DNA of 64,000 bases from Candidatus Woesearchaeota archaeon (GTDB lineage Archaea; Nanobdellota; Nanobdellia; Pacearchaeales; GW2011-AR1), in NCBI GenBank assembly GCA_964448605.1, contig CAYUZV010000001.1, positions 8,693-72,692 of the forward strand, given 5' to 3'. The translations under genes and the position numbers were made by a program. The notes beneath the pieces were generated by a model. It searched no databases and was not told the origin of the DNA. It saw nothing but the letters and a program-made list of their open reading frames with translations. Shown piece by piece: positions 63,856-64,000 of the stretch (position 1 is the stretch's first letter; each line of letters opens with the position of its first letter).

Positions 63856-64000
63856 ATGGTTAGAAAGAAAAAAACTGCAATGAAGTCTACTCGGGAATCT
63901 TTTGATAATGAAAAATTATTGAGAGAGATTGCAAATTCAAGAATTATGTATTTTGAAAGTCTTGGAGATTATTGTGATAGACCTTCGTGGAATGAGATAT
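63856..64000 (+). CDS. Hypothetical protein, truncated by the window end
   Basis: Open frame from ATG 63856. Confidence 0.45.
   Translation, partial: MVRKKKTAMKSTRESFDNEKLLREIANSRIMYFESLGDYCDRPSWNEI

Noticed and set aside
1-64000. Genome-wide UGA recoding
   Set aside because: TGA terminates many normal genes (smc, trpS, trxA), so the standard code applies.

Overview
AT-rich archaeal chromosomal window. By gene content it is most likely DPANN (Pacearchaeota/Woesearchaeota-like); this is an inference from form III RuBisCO, eL31/eL39/eS19/eL33, aEF-1A, TrmY, Oap proteins and TATA boxes just upstream of most starts. The + strand is G/T-rich throughout. The first ~11 kb is a sugar/pentose-to-RuBisCO cluster: GH100-like glycosidase, SPP-like HAD, SemiSWEET, RpiA-HPS fusion, PRPP synthetase, HAD-GH15 fusion, LOG-like protein and RuBisCO. 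Housekeeping genes include thrS, pyrH, EF-1A, smc, acdAB, korA, ppsA and trpS. The most unusual structure is at 44.9-47.5 kb. Four degenerate copies of the 5' half of tRNA-Ser(GCT), each cut after the anticodon loop and followed by a similarly spaced non-tRNA arm, divide small cargo cassettes upstream of the intact tRNA. This looks like a tRNA-anchored cassette array with no integrase in the window. One cassette carries a candidate T-loop ncRNA. Other oddities: an SMC with a central CPLC zinc-hook-like motif and no recognisable hinge, a chimeric ThrRS, an ArmA/Rmt-like methyltransferase, a dispersed intergenic repeat family, and a small zinc-finger ORF with TGA at a Cys position. All protein calls come from motif recognition by eye; no database searches were run.
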